Assembly: GCA_902599625.1 (NCBI GenBank)
Contig: CACKGF010000002.1
Location: forward strand, 177,829 to 241,828
From: an uncultured Pelagibacteraceae bacterium
Lineage (GTDB): Bacteria > Pseudomonadota > Alphaproteobacteria > Pelagibacterales > Pelagibacteraceae
Length of the DNA stretch: 64,000 bases
Direction: 5' to 3'
The notes below the pieces were generated by a model. That model saw only the letters and a program-made list of their open reading frames with translations. It ran no database searches and was not told the DNA's origin. The translations under genes were made by a program, and so were the position numbers. Shown here one piece after another: positions 12,386-26,788 of the stretch. The stretch's first letter is position 1. The number at the start of each line of letters is the position of its first letter.

Positions 12386-15244
12386 ATGAGCTCTTCAAAA
12401 AACTTAGAATTTAAGCAGCAGTCTTTTCTTAATAAATCTAACAGCCAGTTCATAGAGGAAATGTATGTAAGATTTATAGAGAATGACCCAAAATTACCTG
12501 ATAGTTGGAAAAAATACTTTAGTGATTTAAATGAAGATTTAAATTCAGTTTCAAAAGAAATATCAGGCCCTTCATGGAGTCCAAAAAAGATATCGATAGA
12601 TCCAAAAAAAAATAAAAGACTTGAGGAAAATCTAAATGGTTCTGAAAGGGAGAAAATAGATTCTATTAAAGCAATCGCATTGATAAGGGCATATAGAATC
12701 AGAGGCCACCTTATAGCAAACCTTGATCCTCTTGGTTTAATGAAAAGAGAATATCTTTATGAATTACATCCAAATGACTATGGTTTCAAAACTGAGGACT
12801 TTGACAGAAAAATCTATCTAAATTCATATATGGATGTGGGTTATGCCTCAATAAATGAAATTATCACAAAATTAAGAAAAGTATATTGCTCATCAATAGG
12901 TGCTGAATATATGCATATAACAAATCCAACAGAGAAAGTTTGGTTTAGAGAAAGAATGGAAAAAGAGGAGAACCAAATAAATTTTACTGAAAAAGGAAAA
13001 GACGCAATATTAAATAAGATTATCCAAGCTGAAGGTTTTGAAAAATTTTTAGCAAAAAAATATGTTGGCACAAAAAGATTTGGTCTTGACGGCGCAGAGT
13101 CTTTAATTCCAGCACTAGAACAAATTATTAAACGTGGAGGCCAGTTAGGAATAAAAGAAATTAAGATTGGAATGTCACATAGAGGTAGATTAAATGTTTT
13201 AGCAAATGTCCTTCAAAAGTCTTATAAAAGAATTTTTAATGAATTTGCTGGTGAATTTGCTTCCTCAAGCGAGGACTCTACAGGTGATGTAAAATATCAT
13301 TTAGGTGCCTCATCAGATAGAACTTTTGATGGAAACTCTGTACATGTTAGTCTTACAGATAACCCTTCTCATTTGGAAGCAGTTAACCCTGTAGTTCTTG
13401 GTCAAACTAGAGCGAAACAATATTTTCATAAAGACACAGAAAGAAAAAAAGTAATACCTTTACTTATTCACGGGGATGCAGCATTTGCAGGGCAAGGAGT
13501 TGTAGCTGAATGTTTTGCGATGTCAGGTTTAAAAGGTCACAATACAGGTGGAACAATTCATATAATTGTAAATAACCAAATTGGTTTTACCACTAGCCCA
13601 AGGTTTGCCAGATCAAGCCCATACCCATCTGATTTAGGAAAAATTGTAGAGGCTCCCATTCTTCATTGTAATGGAGATGATCCAGAGGCAGTTGTTCATT
13701 GTGCTAAAATCGCAATTGAGTTTAGACAAAAATTTAACAAAGATGTTGTAATTGACATGATTTGCTACAGAAGATTTGGTCATAATGAGGGAGATGAACC
13801 ATCTTTTACTCAGCCTTTAATGTACAAAAAAATAAGATCACATCCATCTACTTTAAATATATATGGAAAAAAACTTATTAAAAATAATAGTATAACTGAA
13901 GATCAATTCAAAAATAAAGTAAATGACTTTAAAAAACTTTTGGATGATCAATTTAAAACTGCAAATGATTACAAACCAAAACTGAATTGGTTTGAAGGGA
14001 CCTGGTCAAGATATCAACCAAAGAAAGGTAAGGATAAAAGAGGACAGACAGGAGTTGATACGACGAAATTAAAAAAACTCTCTGCAAAAATAAATTTTAT
14101 AAAACCAGAGCTTAATATTCATAAAACTATACAAAAAGTTTTTGAAAATAGAGATAAGTGTGTACAAGATGAAAAAAATATTGATTGGGCCAATGCAGAA
14201 ACTCTAGCATTTGCAACATTACTCGAAGAGGGATTTCCTGTGAGATTAGTTGGTCAAGATAGTGGTCGTGGCACATTTAGCCAAAGACACTCAGTTTTAC
14301 GAAATCAAATAGACAACTCAAGATACGTACCGTTAGATCATGTATCTACAAAACAGAAAAAATTTGAAATTGTAGATAGTTTTTTATCTGAACTAGCAGT
14401 ACTTGGATTTGAGTATGGATACAGCTTAGTAGAGCCAGAAACCTTAACGATCTGGGAGGCGCAATTTGGAGATTTTGCAAACGGAGCTCAAGTCGTAATT
14501 GATCAATTCATTGCCTCTGGAGAGAGAAAATGGTTTAGAGCCTCAGGATTAGTTCTATTACTTCCCCATGGTTATGAGGGACAAGGGCCTGAACACTCTT
14601 CAGCAAGACTTGAAAGATTTTTGCAACTTTGTGCTCAAGAAAATATGCAAGTGCTTAATTGTACAACTCCAGCAAATTATTTTCATGCTCTTAGAAGACA
14701 GATTCACAGAGAATTTAGAAAGCCACTTGTTATAATGACTCCGAAATCTTTGTTGAGAAACAAATACTGTGTTTCAAACATAGAGGACTTTGATAAAAAT
14801 AATTCATTTCATAGAGTTTTAGAGGATCAAGCCTTAAATAAAAAGAACAAATTAATTGAATTAAAAAAACCAAAAAAGATAAGAAAAGTCATTCTTTGCT
14901 CTGGAAAAATATATTTTGATCTTTTGGCTGCGAGAGAAAAAGAGAAAATTGACGATGTTGTTTTTATAAGAATAGAACAACTTTATCCATTTCCGGTAAG
15001 ATCTTTGACAAAAGCTATTAAACCATATGCTGAATACGCTAAATTCATTTGGTGCCAAGAAGAACCTAAAAATATGGGTGCTTGGTTTTCAGTAAGAGAT
15101 TATATTCAATGGACTTTAGATAATTTAGAGGTTAAAAAGAAATTAAAGTTTATTGGCAGAAATCCTTCAGCTTCACCAGCTACTGGATATGCGAAGAGAC
15201 ATGCAAAACAACAAAAAGAGATTATAGATAAAATTTTAGAATAA
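12386..15244 (+). CDS. sucA: 2-oxoglutarate dehydrogenase E1 component
   Basis: 952-aa ORF with the TPP-enzyme region [12 protein letters not shown] and [10 protein letters not shown]. It sits immediately upstream of E2. Confidence 0.97.
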   Translation: MSSSKNLEFKQQSFLNKSNSQFIEEMYVRFIENDPKLPDSWKKYFSDLNEDLNSVSKEISGPSWSPKKISIDPKKNKRLEENLNGSEREKIDSIKAIALIRAYRIRGHLIANLDPLGLMKREYLYELHPNDYGFKTEDFDRKIYLNSYMDVGYASINEIITKLRKVYCSSIGAEYMHITNPTEKVWFRERMEKEENQINFTEKGKDAILNKIIQAEGFEKFLAKKYVGTKRFGLDGAESLIPALEQIIKRGGQLGIKEIKIGMSHRGRLNVLANVLQKSYKRIFNEFAGEFASSSEDSTGDVKYHLGASSDRTFDGNSVHVSLTDNPSHLEAVNPVVLGQTRAKQYFHKDTERKKVIPLLIHGDAAFAGQGVVAECFAMSGLKGHNTGGTIHIIVNNQIGFTTSPRFARSSPYPSDLGKIVEAPILHCNGDDPEAVVHCAKIAIEFRQKFNKDVVIDMICYRRFGHNEGDEPSFTQPLMYKKIRSHPSTLNIYGKKLIKNNSITEDQFKNKVNDFKKLLDDQFKTANDYKPKLNWFEGTWSRYQPKKGKDKRGQTGVDTTKLKKLSAKINFIKPELNIHKTIQKVFENRDKCVQDEKNIDWANAETLAFATLLEEGFPVRLVGQDSGRGTFSQRHSVLRNQIDNSRYVPLDHVSTKQKKFEIVDSFLSELAVLGFEYGYSLVEPETLTIWEAQFGDFANGAQVVIDQFIASGERKWFRASGLVLLLPHGYEGQGPEHSSARLERFLQLCAQENMQVLNCTTPANYFHALRRQIHREFRKPLVIMTPKSLLRNKYCVSNIEDFDKNNSFHRVLEDQALNKKNKLIELKKPKKIRKVILCSGKIYFDLLAAREKEKIDDVVFIRIEQLYPFPVRSLTKAIKPYAEYAKFIWCQEEPKNMGAWFSVRDYIQWTLDNLEVKKKLKFIGRNPSASPATGYAKRHAKQQKEIIDKILE

Positions 15245-16566
15245 TGTCAGACAAAATTGTAGTTCCAGTTCTAGGAGAAAGTATAACAGAAGCAACTGTA
15301 GCTAAATGGTTAAAAAATAAAGGTGATAGTGTCGAAGCCGATGAACCTGTTGTTGAACTTGAAACTGATAAAGTAAATTTAGAGGTTCCATCCCCCTCAG
15401 ACGGAGTATTAAGTGAAATAAACGCCCAAAATGGCTCAACGGTTGAGGTAGGAGCTGTTCTTGGATCAATAATCGGAGGAAGTTCAAAAAAAAATGAAAC
15501 TGAGGATGAACCTAAAGAAGAGAAAGTAGCACACAAAGAGGATAATATCATTAGTTTAAAAAAGGAAGTTGAGACAAAAGAAGTTGAAACAAAACTGTTC
15601 GATAAGGAAGAAAAAATTTTAGAACCTAATGAAAATACAAGTAAGGAAGAACCATTAATCCTTACAGAAGAAGTATCCTCTAAAAAAGAGAAATCTAAAA
15701 AAACAAAGGATGTATCTGTTTCTCCTGCTGTGAGAAAGATTGCTGCAGATAATAAAATTGACTTAAAAAAAATCCAAGGAACTGGCAGGGGTGGAAGAGT
15801 TTCAAAAGGTGATCTATTAAGTTTAATGAACATTAAACCTGGACCTTCTGAGCGGAAAATAAAGTTTGGCCAAGAAGAAAAAATAAAAATGACAAGGCTA
15901 AGACAAACAATTGCTAAAAGACTCAAACAAGCTCAAGATAATGCAGCAATGCTTACAACTTTTAATGAAGTTGATATGAGCGGTATAATTGACATGAGAA
16001 AAGAAAATCAAAGTGATTTTCAAGACAGGTTTCGCATAAAACTAGGTTTTATGTCCTTTTTTGTTAAAGCTTGCATTGAAAGTCTAAAACTTTTTCCAGC
16101 AATTAATGCTGAAATCGAGGGAGAGAACATAATTTATAAGAACTACTATAATATAAGTTTTGCAGTAGGCACCGAAAAAGGTCTTGTGGTTCCAGTTTTA
16201 AAAAATGCAGATGAAATGTCTTTCGCAGACATAGAAAAGAAAATTAAAGAATTGTCTGATAAAGCAAGAGATGGAAAGATTACAATTGACGATCTTCAAG
16301 GCGGGACATTTACTATCAGCAACGGCGGTGTATATGGGTCAATGTTATCAACACCAATTTTAAATTTACCTCAATCCGGAGTTTTAGGAATGCATAATAT
16401 TGTAGAAAGGCCGCATGTGGTAAATGGTGAAATTAAAATTAGACCAATAATGTATATAGCTTTATCATATGATCATAGAATAATTGATGGGAAAGAGGCA
16501 GTATCTTTTTTAAAAAATACAAAAGATAACTTGGAAGATCCAAGAAGATTATTTTTAAATTTATAG
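15244..16566 (+). CDS. sucB: 2-oxoglutarate dehydrogenase E2 (dihydrolipoamide succinyltransferase)
   Basis: It has an N-terminal lipoyl domain (ELETDKV lipoyl-Lys motif), a subunit-binding segment (SPAVRKIA) and a catalytic DHRIIDG. The start shares one base with the sucA stop (TAATG). Confidence 0.95.
   Translation: MSDKIVVPVLGESITEATVAKWLKNKGDSVEADEPVVELETDKVNLEVPSPSDGVLSEINAQNGSTVEVGAVLGSIIGGSSKKNETEDEPKEEKVAHKEDNIISLKKEVETKEVETKLFDKEEKILEPNENTSKEEPLILTEEVSSKKEKSKKTKDVSVSPAVRKIAADNKIDLKKIQGTGRGGRVSKGDLLSLMNIKPGPSERKIKFGQEEKIKMTRLRQTIAKRLKQAQDNAAMLTTFNEVDMSGIIDMRKENQSDFQDRFRIKLGFMSFFVKACIESLKLFPAINAEIEGENIIYKNYYNISFAVGTEKGLVVPVLKNADEMSFADIEKKIKELSDKARDGKITIDDLQGGTFTISNGGVYGSMLSTPILNLPQSGVLGMHNIVERPHVVNGEIKIRPIMYIALSYDHRIIDGKEAVSFLKNTKDNLEDPRRLFLNL
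15565..15594 (+). repeat. 2 x 15-bp tandem repeat inside the sucB inter-domain linker (encodes [10 protein letters not shown])
   Basis: Read directly: gaagttgagacaaaa / gaagttgaaacaaaa, with one mismatch, in frame. Confidence 0.7.
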
Positions 16567-16569
16567 TTT

Positions 16570-17970
16570 ATGACAGAAAAATTTGACTCAGTAGTTATTG
16601 GTGGCGGACCTGGTGGATATGTTTGCGCTATAAGGTTAGCTCAGTTAGGTCAAAAAACTGCATGTATAGAAGCCAGAGGTGCTCTAGGTGGAACTTGTTT
16701 AAACATTGGATGCATTCCTTCAAAAAGCTTATTAAATTTGTCTGAGAATTTTAAAAAGGCTAAAAATTTTTCTAAACTTGGAATCGAAACAGGAGACGTA
16801 AAACTTAATTTAGATAAGATGATGAAAAACAAGGAAAAAGCAGTTTCAATCTTGACCAAGGGTGTTGAATTTTTATTTAAAAAAAACAAGGTAACTTACT
16901 TAAAAGGTTTCGGCAGTTTTATTTCTGACAAGAAAATATCAGTAAAAGGCGAAGATGGTAAAAAAAAAGAGATTGAGGCAAAAAATATTATTATTGCGAC
17001 TGGATCTGAGGCAATGCCAATGCCTAACGTAGAATTTGATGAAAAAACAATTGTCTCTTCGACAGGCGCCCTATCTTTAAAAGAAGTTCCAAAAAGTCTA
17101 GTTGTCGTTGGTGGGGGTTATATAGGTTTAGAAATGGGCTCTGTCTGGTCTAGACTAGGGGCTGAAGTAAATGTAATCGAATTTTTAGATCATATTACAC
17201 CTGGGATGGATAGAGAGATTTCAGAAGAGTTTATGAAAATATTGAAGAAACAAAATATTAAGTTTCACTTAAATAGAAAAGTAACTAGCATTAAAAAAAC
17301 TAACAATGGTGTACAAATTTCAACGTCAGATAAGAATGGAGATAGTAAAGATTTTAATTGTGATGTAGCTCTAATTTCAATTGGAAGAAAACCGTTCACA
17401 TCTAATTTAAATTTGAGTTCTGCAGGAGTAAAATCAGATGAAAAAGGAAGGATTAAAATTGACAAAAAATTTCAAACTTCAGCAAAAAATATTTATGCTA
17501 TTGGAGATGTAATTGATGGCCCAATGTTAGCTCACAAAGCTGAAGAGGAAGGGATCGCAGTTGCAGAAATAATTGCAGGCCAATCTGGCCATGTAAACTA
17601 CGACTTAATTCCAGGGGTAATTTATACTACTCCTGAGGTAGCAAGTATAGGCTTAACTGAAGAGCAACTAAAAGAAAAGAATAAGTCTTATAAAATTGGA
17701 AAGTTTCCCTTTATGGCCAACTCAAGAGCTAAAGCAATTGATGAGCCTGAAGGATTCGTAAAAATTTTAGCCGATAAAGATACTGATAAAGTTTTAGGAG
17801 TACACATGATAGGGCCTCATGTAGGAGAAATGATCGCAGAAATGGCAGTTGCAATGGAGTTTGGTGCAAGCTCTGAGGATATCGCACGAACATGCCATGC
17901 TCATCCAACATTTTCTGAGGCAATAAAAGAGGCGGCTTTATCTGTTGAAAAAAGACAAATACACTCTTAA
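16570..17970 (+). CDS. lpdA: dihydrolipoamide dehydrogenase (E3)
   Basis: 466-aa ORF with the FAD motif GGGPGGYVCAIR and the redox disulfide CLNIGCIPSK. A C-terminal HAHPT interface motif is present. Confidence 0.96.
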   Translation: MTEKFDSVVIGGGPGGYVCAIRLAQLGQKTACIEARGALGGTCLNIGCIPSKSLLNLSENFKKAKNFSKLGIETGDVKLNLDKMMKNKEKAVSILTKGVEFLFKKNKVTYLKGFGSFISDKKISVKGEDGKKKEIEAKNIIIATGSEAMPMPNVEFDEKTIVSSTGALSLKEVPKSLVVVGGGYIGLEMGSVWSRLGAEVNVIEFLDHITPGMDREISEEFMKILKKQNIKFHLNRKVTSIKKTNNGVQISTSDKNGDSKDFNCDVALISIGRKPFTSNLNLSSAGVKSDEKGRIKIDKKFQTSAKNIYAIGDVIDGPMLAHKAEEEGIAVAEIIAGQSGHVNYDLIPGVIYTTPEVASIGLTEEQLKEKNKSYKIGKFPFMANSRAKAIDEPEGFVKILADKDTDKVLGVHMIGPHVGEMIAEMAVAMEFGASSEDIARTCHAHPTFSEAIKEAALSVEKRQIHS

Positions 17971-17988
17971 AATTTTTTTCATTACAAA

Positions 17989-19944
17989 ATGAAAGTACCA
18001 GTACTATTACCAAACATTTTTGATCACCCATTTACATACACTTCAAAAGAAAAACTTAAAATTGGCGACTATGTAGAAGTACCTTTTGGTAAAAAAAAAA
18101 TGATAGGTATTATCTGGGACGATTTTGAGGAAGGGTCTAAAAAAAAATTTAAAATCAAAAATATTATTAAAAAATTTACAAAAAATCCTTTAGAAAATAA
18201 TACAATAAAATTTCTAAATTGGTTTTCTGATTATAATATTGTTCCAAAGGGTATGGCGTTAAAACTTCATCTAGTAAATAATTCTTTAGAAGAAGATTAT
18301 AAGGCAGACACTTACGATCAGTTTAATAAAAAACACCCAACTAAAGATTATAGTCTTAATATTCAGCAAAAAAAAAGTTTATTAGAGATAGAAAAGGGGG
18401 ATAAAAATTTTAGAGTTCATGTATTACAAGGGACTACAGGTTCAGGAAAAACAATAGTCTATTTTAATGCAATTAAAAAAAAACTAAATGAAGGGTATCA
18501 ATCTTTGATTTTACTTCCTGAAATTGGCCTCACAAAAGAATTTGAAAAAAATTTCATTTCTTTTTTTGGTTTTAAACCAGCTATTTGGCATTCATCAGTT
18601 ACAAAGAAAAATAAAAAGATAATTTGGAGCGGTTTGAAATCAGGAAAGATTAAAGTTGTCATAGGGGCTAGGTCGGCTTTATTTTTACCTTTTAAAAAAT
18701 TAGGTCTCATTACAATAGATGAAGAACACGACCAATCCTACAAACAAGATGAGGGTGTAAACTATCATGCTAGAGATATGGCAATATCCAGAGCATCATT
18801 TGAAAATATACCTATCAATTTGATATCTGCTGTTCCATCTATCGAAACTTATAAAAATATTAAAGGAAAAAAGTTTCATTCATCTAGATTAACTGAGCGA
18901 TTTAGAGATGCAAAGTTGCCAGATTATGAAATTATAAAAATAAAAAAAAGTGAAAAAAAAGAAACATTTATTTCAGAGGAATTGATTGAAAAAGTAAAAG
19001 ATAATTTATCTAGGAATAATCAGGTCTTATTTTTTGTAAATAGAAGAGGTTACTCGCCATTTGTATTATGTAAAAATTGTTTGAAAACTTTTGACTGTCC
19101 TTTTTGTTCAATTAATCTTGTTTATCATAAGATAAGAAATAAAGTTTTATGTCATTATTGTGGTTATTCCACAGAAATGGAACGAGACTGCTCTTCAAAG
19201 GACTCTAAATGTGATTTTAGCTTTAGTGGTCCAGGTGTGGAGAAAATACTTGAGGAAATAAAAAAGATTTTTCCTGATAAAAACACTTTAATTTTCTCAA
19301 GTGACACCATGAATAAAAAGGACTCATCTTCTAAAATCCAAGAGATAATAGATAATAAGATTAATATTTTAATTGGTACTCAACTGATTTCAAAAGGTTT
19401 TCATTTTCCTAACCTGAACTGTATTATTGTATTGGATATTGATTATTCTTCTAGAGGTTACGATTTAAGAAGTGCTGAAAAAACTGTACAGCTTTACCAC
19501 CAACTATCAGGCAGAGCCGGTCGAGAAGGAAAGCCTTCTACTGTTTATTTTCAGACAATGAATTTAAACTCAGATTACATATCACAAATAGTAAATCCTG
19601 ATCCTTATATTTTTTTGGATAAAGAATTAATTCTGAGGGAAAAGAATTTATTACCTCCTTTTGAGAGATTTATATCAATAATAGTTAGTGCTCAAAATAG
19701 CAAAAAATCTGACCAGGCATCGTTTGAATTAACAGAATTTTTAAAAAAAAACCTTAAAGTAAAGATTCTTGGACCAGTAAATGCTCCAATTTATAAAGTA
19801 AGAGGAAATTACAGGAATAGGATTTTATTAAGATCTGCAAAGAATATTTCAGCTCAGAAAAACTTAAAAATGGCTCTTAAAAGATTTAATATCCCAAAGG
19901 GAATAAAACTTTCAGTTGATGTTGATCCAATAAATTTCAATTAA
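17989..19944 (+). CDS. priA: primosomal protein N' (replication restart helicase)
   Basis: 651-aa ORF with Walker A GTTGSGKT and the DEEH box IDEEHD. It also carries the Cys-rich zinc region CKNC...CPFC...CHYCG. Confidence 0.9.
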   Translation: MKVPVLLPNIFDHPFTYTSKEKLKIGDYVEVPFGKKKMIGIIWDDFEEGSKKKFKIKNIIKKFTKNPLENNTIKFLNWFSDYNIVPKGMALKLHLVNNSLEEDYKADTYDQFNKKHPTKDYSLNIQQKKSLLEIEKGDKNFRVHVLQGTTGSGKTIVYFNAIKKKLNEGYQSLILLPEIGLTKEFEKNFISFFGFKPAIWHSSVTKKNKKIIWSGLKSGKIKVVIGARSALFLPFKKLGLITIDEEHDQSYKQDEGVNYHARDMAISRASFENIPINLISAVPSIETYKNIKGKKFHSSRLTERFRDAKLPDYEIIKIKKSEKKETFISEELIEKVKDNLSRNNQVLFFVNRRGYSPFVLCKNCLKTFDCPFCSINLVYHKIRNKVLCHYCGYSTEMERDCSSKDSKCDFSFSGPGVEKILEEIKKIFPDKNTLIFSSDTMNKKDSSSKIQEIIDNKINILIGTQLISKGFHFPNLNCIIVLDIDYSSRGYDLRSAEKTVQLYHQLSGRAGREGKPSTVYFQTMNLNSDYISQIVNPDPYIFLDKELILREKNLLPPFERFISIIVSAQNSKKSDQASFELTEFLKKNLKVKILGPVNAPIYKVRGNYRNRILLRSAKNISAQKNLKMALKRFNIPKGIKLSVDVDPINFN

Positions 19945-20043
19945 CTGTTATTTTTATAGCTTTTTTTAAAGCTCTTACTTGATCGTTACTTGCCTATATG
20001 TTAATTAATCTGAAAATTTATCAGCAAAAACAAAGGATCTAAC

Positions 20044-20592
20044 TTGTCTAATTCCCAAACTAAAGCAACAAACAGTTATTCTCAGTCTTTGTTTGAGCTT
20101 GCGAAAGAGAATAGCGTGTTAGATGAAATCGAGGCTCAGGCAAAGTCTTTATACAGCGTGATTAAAGACTCTCAGGATTTCTCAACTTTTATAAAAGATC
20201 CTACATTCAAACAAGATAAGCAGCTTGAGATTTTTAGTGCAATTTTTGAAAAAGTAAAATTGAACAGCTTGTTTATTAAGTTCATAAAATTTCTTATTCA
20301 TAAAAGAAGAATATTTTTTTTAAAAAATATTTTGAATGATTTTATCACCTATTGTTCAATTCAAAGAGGAGAAATTAGAGCTGAGCTTGTATCTTCGAAA
20401 AAATTAGATAACTCTCAGATAGAAAAAATTAAAGAGGAAATGACTAAAGACTTTAATTCAAAAATTAATTTGAGTTACAAGGTTGATGAATCTTTGCTTG
20501 CTGGAGTAAAAATAAAAATTGGAAGTATTATGATTGATAACTCTTTAAAGAATAAATTAATGAAAATGAAAAACTCAATGAAGGAAGTATAA
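20044..20592 (+). CDS. atpH: F1 ATP synthase delta (OSCP) subunit
   Basis: 182-aa ORF at the head of atpHAGDC, with an [11 protein letters not shown]-terminus typical of delta/OSCP. The TTG start is preceded by GGA, and no in-frame ATG is nearby. Confidence 0.85.
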   Translation: MSNSQTKATNSYSQSLFELAKENSVLDEIEAQAKSLYSVIKDSQDFSTFIKDPTFKQDKQLEIFSAIFEKVKLNSLFIKFIKFLIHKRRIFFLKNILNDFITYCSIQRGEIRAELVSSKKLDNSQIEKIKEEMTKDFNSKINLSYKVDESLLAGVKIKIGSIMIDNSLKNKLMKMKNSMKEV

Positions 20593-22127
20593 TGGATATT
20601 AACCCATCAGAAGTAACAAAAATATTAAAAGAACAAATTAAAAAATTTGGAGATAAATCTGAAGTAACAGAAATTGGTCAAGTTTTATCTGTAGGAGACG
20701 GAATAGCAAGAATTTACGGACTCGACAATGTTCAAGCCGGTGAGATGGTAGAATTTGCTGATGGTTCTAAAGGTATGGCGTTAAACTTAGAAAGTGATAA
20801 CGTTGGAGTAGTTATTTTTGGTGATGATAGAGCAGTTAAAGAAGGTGATACGGTCAAAAGAACTGGAGCGATTGTCGATACACCAGTTGGTAAAGAATTA
20901 CTTGGAAGAGTTGTTGATGGATTAGGAAACCCAATAGACGGCAAAGGAGCTTTAGATAAAAGTATTAAACGAAGTAGAGTCGAGGTGAAAGCACCAGGAA
21001 TTATTCCAAGAAAATCTGTCAGCGAACCAATGCAAACAGGTTTAAAATCAATTGATAGTTTGGTTCCAATAGGCAGAGGTCAAAGGGAATTGATTATTGG
21101 AGATCGTCAAACAGGAAAAACTGCTGTTGCTATTGATGCGATAATTAATCAAAAAAAAATAAACGAGTCGGGTGATGAAAAACAAAAACTTTATTGTATT
21201 TATGTTGCGATAGGTCAAAAACGATCAACTGTTAGACAGATAGAGAAAACTTTAGAAGAGGCTGGAGCTATGGAATATACAACAATTGTTGCGGCAACAG
21301 CTTCGGATGCAGCTCCATTACAATTTTTAGCTCCATACACTGGATGTGCTATGGGTGAATATTTTAGAGACAATGGAATGCATGCTTTAATTATTTATGA
21401 TGATCTTTCAAAACAAGCAGTAGCCTACAGACAAATGTCACTTCTTTTAAGACGTCCTCCAGGAAGAGAGGCATATCCAGGAGACGTTTTTTATTTACAT
21501 AGTCGATTACTTGAAAGAGCAGCAAAATTAGGTGACGAACATGGAGGAGGATCATTAACTGCTTTACCAATCATTGAAACTCAAGCAGGAGACGTATCAG
21601 CTTACATACCTACTAACGTAATCTCAATTACTGATGGACAAATATTTTTAGAGACAGAACTATTCAATCAAGGAATAAGACCTGCAATTAATGTTGGCTT
21701 ATCAGTTTCAAGGGTAGGATCTTCTGCTCAAACAAAAGCTATGAAAAAAGTTTCTGGATCAATGAAACTTGAACTTGCTCAATATAGAGAGATGGCAGCT
21801 TTTGCACAGTTTGGATCTGACTTAGATGCTTCAACTCAAAAACTTTTAAATAGAGGAGCAAAATTAACTGAGTTATTGAAACAAAAACAATATTCTCCAA
21901 TGACAGTAGCTGAGCAAGTCATTTCTGTCTTTTGTGGTGTAAAAGGTCACTTAGACGATATTCAACAAAAAGATATATCAAAATTTGAGAAAGATATAAT
22001 TGAGAAATGTAGATCTGAGCAACCAGATTTGATAAATTCAATAATTTCATCAGGAAAACTTGAAGAAGAAAATGAGAAAAAATTAACGAGTATTATTTTG
22101 GATTTAAAGAAAAATTTTGAAAAATAA
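20592..22127 (+). CDS. atpA: F1 ATP synthase alpha subunit
   Basis: 511-aa ORF with Walker A GDRQTGKT. The sequence is highly conserved for the alpha subunit. Confidence 0.98.
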   Translation: MDINPSEVTKILKEQIKKFGDKSEVTEIGQVLSVGDGIARIYGLDNVQAGEMVEFADGSKGMALNLESDNVGVVIFGDDRAVKEGDTVKRTGAIVDTPVGKELLGRVVDGLGNPIDGKGALDKSIKRSRVEVKAPGIIPRKSVSEPMQTGLKSIDSLVPIGRGQRELIIGDRQTGKTAVAIDAIINQKKINESGDEKQKLYCIYVAIGQKRSTVRQIEKTLEEAGAMEYTTIVAATASDAAPLQFLAPYTGCAMGEYFRDNGMHALIIYDDLSKQAVAYRQMSLLLRRPPGREAYPGDVFYLHSRLLERAAKLGDEHGGGSLTALPIIETQAGDVSAYIPTNVISITDGQIFLETELFNQGIRPAINVGLSVSRVGSSAQTKAMKKVSGSMKLELAQYREMAAFAQFGSDLDASTQKLLNRGAKLTELLKQKQYSPMTVAEQVISVFCGVKGHLDDIQQKDISKFEKDIIEKCRSEQPDLINSIISSGKLEEENEKKLTSIILDLKKNFEK

Positions 22128-22129
22128 TT

Positions 22130-24424
<2,295 letters not shown>

Positions 24425-24425
<1 letters not shown>

Positions 24426-24817
24426 TGTCAGATTCGTTCAACTTAGAAATTGTTAATCCAGAAAAATTATTCCTTTCTTTAGATAATGTATCTGAAGTAG
24501 TGGTACCTGCGTTTGAAGGTGATATGGGTATTTTGAAAGATCACATATCTATAATTTCATTTTTAAAACCTGGAATAGTTAAAGTTTTTACAGGCAATGA
24601 AGTAAAAGAATTATATGTTGAAGATGGAATTATTGAATTTAGTGAAAATTCTTTATCAATTCTTACCAGCAGAATTATCGACATAAAAGAAATAAAAAAA
24701 GACGATTTAAGCTCAATGATTAATGAGGCCAATGAAGCTTTAAAAGATGAAAATTTAGACGATCAAAAAAGATTTATAGCAAATCAAAAAATTGATGTCT
24801 TGAATAGACTCAATTAG
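24425..24817 (+). CDS. atpC: F1 ATP synthase epsilon subunit
   Basis: 130-aa ORF and the last gene of the atp cluster. Its start shares one base with the atpD stop (TAATG). Confidence 0.9.
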
Positions 24818-24818
24818 T

Positions 24819-25295
24819 TTATTTTAAAATATCCAGAACTTTTTTTTTTACTTCATTATAAACGTCTAATTTGAAATCAACCACATTTTTCGTAATATCT
24901 TCAAGGTTTATCCATTTCCACTCTAAGAACTCAGGTTTTTTGGTTTTTATATTTATTTCATTATCACTACCTAGAAATCTCATACAAAACCACTTTTGTA
25001 TTTGACCTTTGTATTTTCCTTTCCATATAATTCCTAAGAGATTTTGAGGAAGTAGATAAGTTTGAAAACCGTCCAACTCTTTAATCAATTTTACGTTTGT
25101 TATACTTGTTTCTTCTTCCAATTCTCTTGTAGCTGCATCAAGATAGTCCTCATTTTCATCAATTCCACCTTGAGGCATTTGCCAATAATTGTTTGGATTA
25201 TCTATTCTTTTTGCTACAAAGACTTCGTTATTTTGATTAAGTAAAACAATGCCCACTCCTTTTCTAAGTGGCAACTTTTTAAACTTATCGAGCAT
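24819..25295 (-). CDS. rppH: RNA pyrophosphohydrolase (Nudix hydrolase)
   Basis: 158-aa ORF with the Nudix box GGIDENEDYLDAATRELEEETSI. Size and layout fit alphaproteobacterial RppH/NudH. Confidence 0.82.
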   Translation of the reverse strand: MLDKFKKLPLRKGVGIVLLNQNNEVFVAKRIDNPNNYWQMPQGGIDENEDYLDAATRELEEETSITNVKLIKELDGFQTYLLPQNLLGIIWKGKYKGQIQKWFCMRFLGSDNEINIKTKKPEFLEWKWINLEDITKNVVDFKLDVYNEVKKKVLDILK

Positions 25296-26423
25296 CTACC
25301 CTGCTAAAAGTTTACGTGCAAAATTTAATTGATTATCGGTTTCTGTATCAATTCGAAAATCATTTTCCTCTTCTTCAATTGATATATCTGGAGCTACACC
25401 AACCTCTGAAATTGATTTTCCCGAAGGTAAATAATATTTTGAAATTGTTAATCTTATTGCTCCCTCATTTTTAAGAGGAATTATTGATTGAACAGAACCT
25501 TTACCATATGTACTTTCACCAACCAAAACTGCTCTTTTGTGATCCTTTAATGCTCCCGCAACTATTTCTGATGCTGATGCAGACCCATTATTAATTAAAA
25601 CTACAAGAGTTTTACCATTTATTAAATCTCCACTACTTGCAAACCATTTTCTATTTTCACTTTTTTGTCGGCCCTTGGTCGATACAATTTCTCCATCCTC
25701 AAGAAAAAAATCTGATATTTTAATCGCTTGAGATAATAATCCTCCAGGATTATTTCGTAAGTCAAGGATATAGCTTTCAATTTTTTTATCTCTTTTAAAT
25801 TTTTTAATCTCAGTTTTGATTTGACTACCACTATTTTCATTAAATGACGTCAATCTTAAGTAGCCAATTTTTTTATCATAAGTCTTTGATTTCACTGATG
25901 CGATTTGAATAATTTCTCTTGTAATATTGAATATTAATGATTTCTTTTTCCCAACTCTTCTAACTGTAATTTCGATACTACTTCCAACTGGTCCTCTCAT
26001 TAAATCAACGGCTTCAGTCAATGTCTTTCCTTGTACCTGCGTGTCATTTATTTTCACTATGTAATCACCTGCTTTAACACCAGCGTTGTCAGCTGGAGAA
26101 TTATCTATTGGAGATATTACTTTTACAACACCTGCTTCCATACCGACTTCGATTCCTAATCCCCCAAATTTACCGCTTGTTTCAGTTTCCATTTGTTTAA
26201 GATCTTCTGGTGATAAATATGCAGAATATGGGTCAAGCGATCTTAAGACTCCATCAATTGCAGCATCCATTGCTTCAGCTTGATCTATCTCTTCAACATA
26301 TTCTTTGTTGACTTTATCAAGCACTTCTCCAAATAAATCTACTTTATCGTAAATGTTATCATTATTTGAAAATGCAAGTGTAAACGTATGAAAAATTATA
26401 ATTATAAAAATTATTATTCTCAT
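25296..26423 (-). CDS. ctpA: carboxy-terminal processing protease (S41 family)
   Basis: 375-aa ORF with an N-terminal hydrophobic signal, a PDZ segment (FGGLGIEV) and S41 motifs NNGSASASEI and GKGSVQ. Confidence 0.9.
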   Translation of the reverse strand: MRIIIFIIIIFHTFTLAFSNNDNIYDKVDLFGEVLDKVNKEYVEEIDQAEAMDAAIDGVLRSLDPYSAYLSPEDLKQMETETSGKFGGLGIEVGMEAGVVKVISPIDNSPADNAGVKAGDYIVKINDTQVQGKTLTEAVDLMRGPVGSSIEITVRRVGKKKSLIFNITREIIQIASVKSKTYDKKIGYLRLTSFNENSGSQIKTEIKKFKRDKKIESYILDLRNNPGGLLSQAIKISDFFLEDGEIVSTKGRQKSENRKWFASSGDLINGKTLVVLINNGSASASEIVAGALKDHKRAVLVGESTYGKGSVQSIIPLKNEGAIRLTISKYYLPSGKSISEVGVAPDISIEEEENDFRIDTETDNQLNFARKLLAG

Positions 26424-26773
26424 TAAACAATAACTTTCTCTTTCGGGATTAACTCAGACCAAATTTTTTCTAACTCATAAAACTTTCTTTTCTCTGGATT
26501 AAAAATATGAACTACAATGTCTATTCCATCTACCAGTTTCCACTCAGCACTATCTTTTCCCTCAATTTTACAATTTTTTAATCCATTAGTTTTAAACTTT
26601 TCCAAAACTTGTTCAGAAAGAGACTGGATATGTCTAGAAGACGTTCCACTTGCAACAATCATATAGTCAGCTATTGAGGATTTATCTTTAAGATCTATAG
26701 ATACTATGTCTAAAGCCTTATTACTATCGAGTGTTTTGATGATGATTTTTTTTAAGTCTAAGTTTTCGGCCAT
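26423..26773 (-). CDS. rsfS: ribosomal silencing factor RsfS (iojap family)
   Basis: 116-aa ORF with ADYMIVASGTSSRHIQSL and VDGIDIVVHIF...R..Y.LEKIW, typical of RsfS. It lies downstream of nadD, as in many bacteria. Confidence 0.9.
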   Translation of the reverse strand: MAENLDLKKIIIKTLDSNKALDIVSIDLKDKSSIADYMIVASGTSSRHIQSLSEQVLEKFKTNGLKNCKIEGKDSAEWKLVDGIDIVVHIFNPEKRKFYELEKIWSELIPKEKVIV

Positions 26774-26788
26774 TAATTATTTACCTTA

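Noticed and set aside
15222-15926. 234-aa ORF antisense to the 5' half of sucB, the longest unexplained ORF in the track.
   Set aside because: It is the mirror image of the K/E-rich, AAR/GAR-codon E2 linker and lipoyl domain, so stop codons are absent by composition. The translation is S/F/L low complexity with no motifs. sucB on the other strand is unambiguous.
19958-19973. Palindrome AGCTTTTTTTAAAGCT 14 nt after the priA stop, considered as a priA terminator or atp-operon regulatory site. Possible -35/-10-like hexamers also occur in 19977-20010.
   Set aside because: The stem is 6 bp with only a 4-nt T loop, and no U-tail follows on the priA-sense strand. Several equally poor promoter hexamer combinations exist in this AT-rich spacer, so none is convincing.
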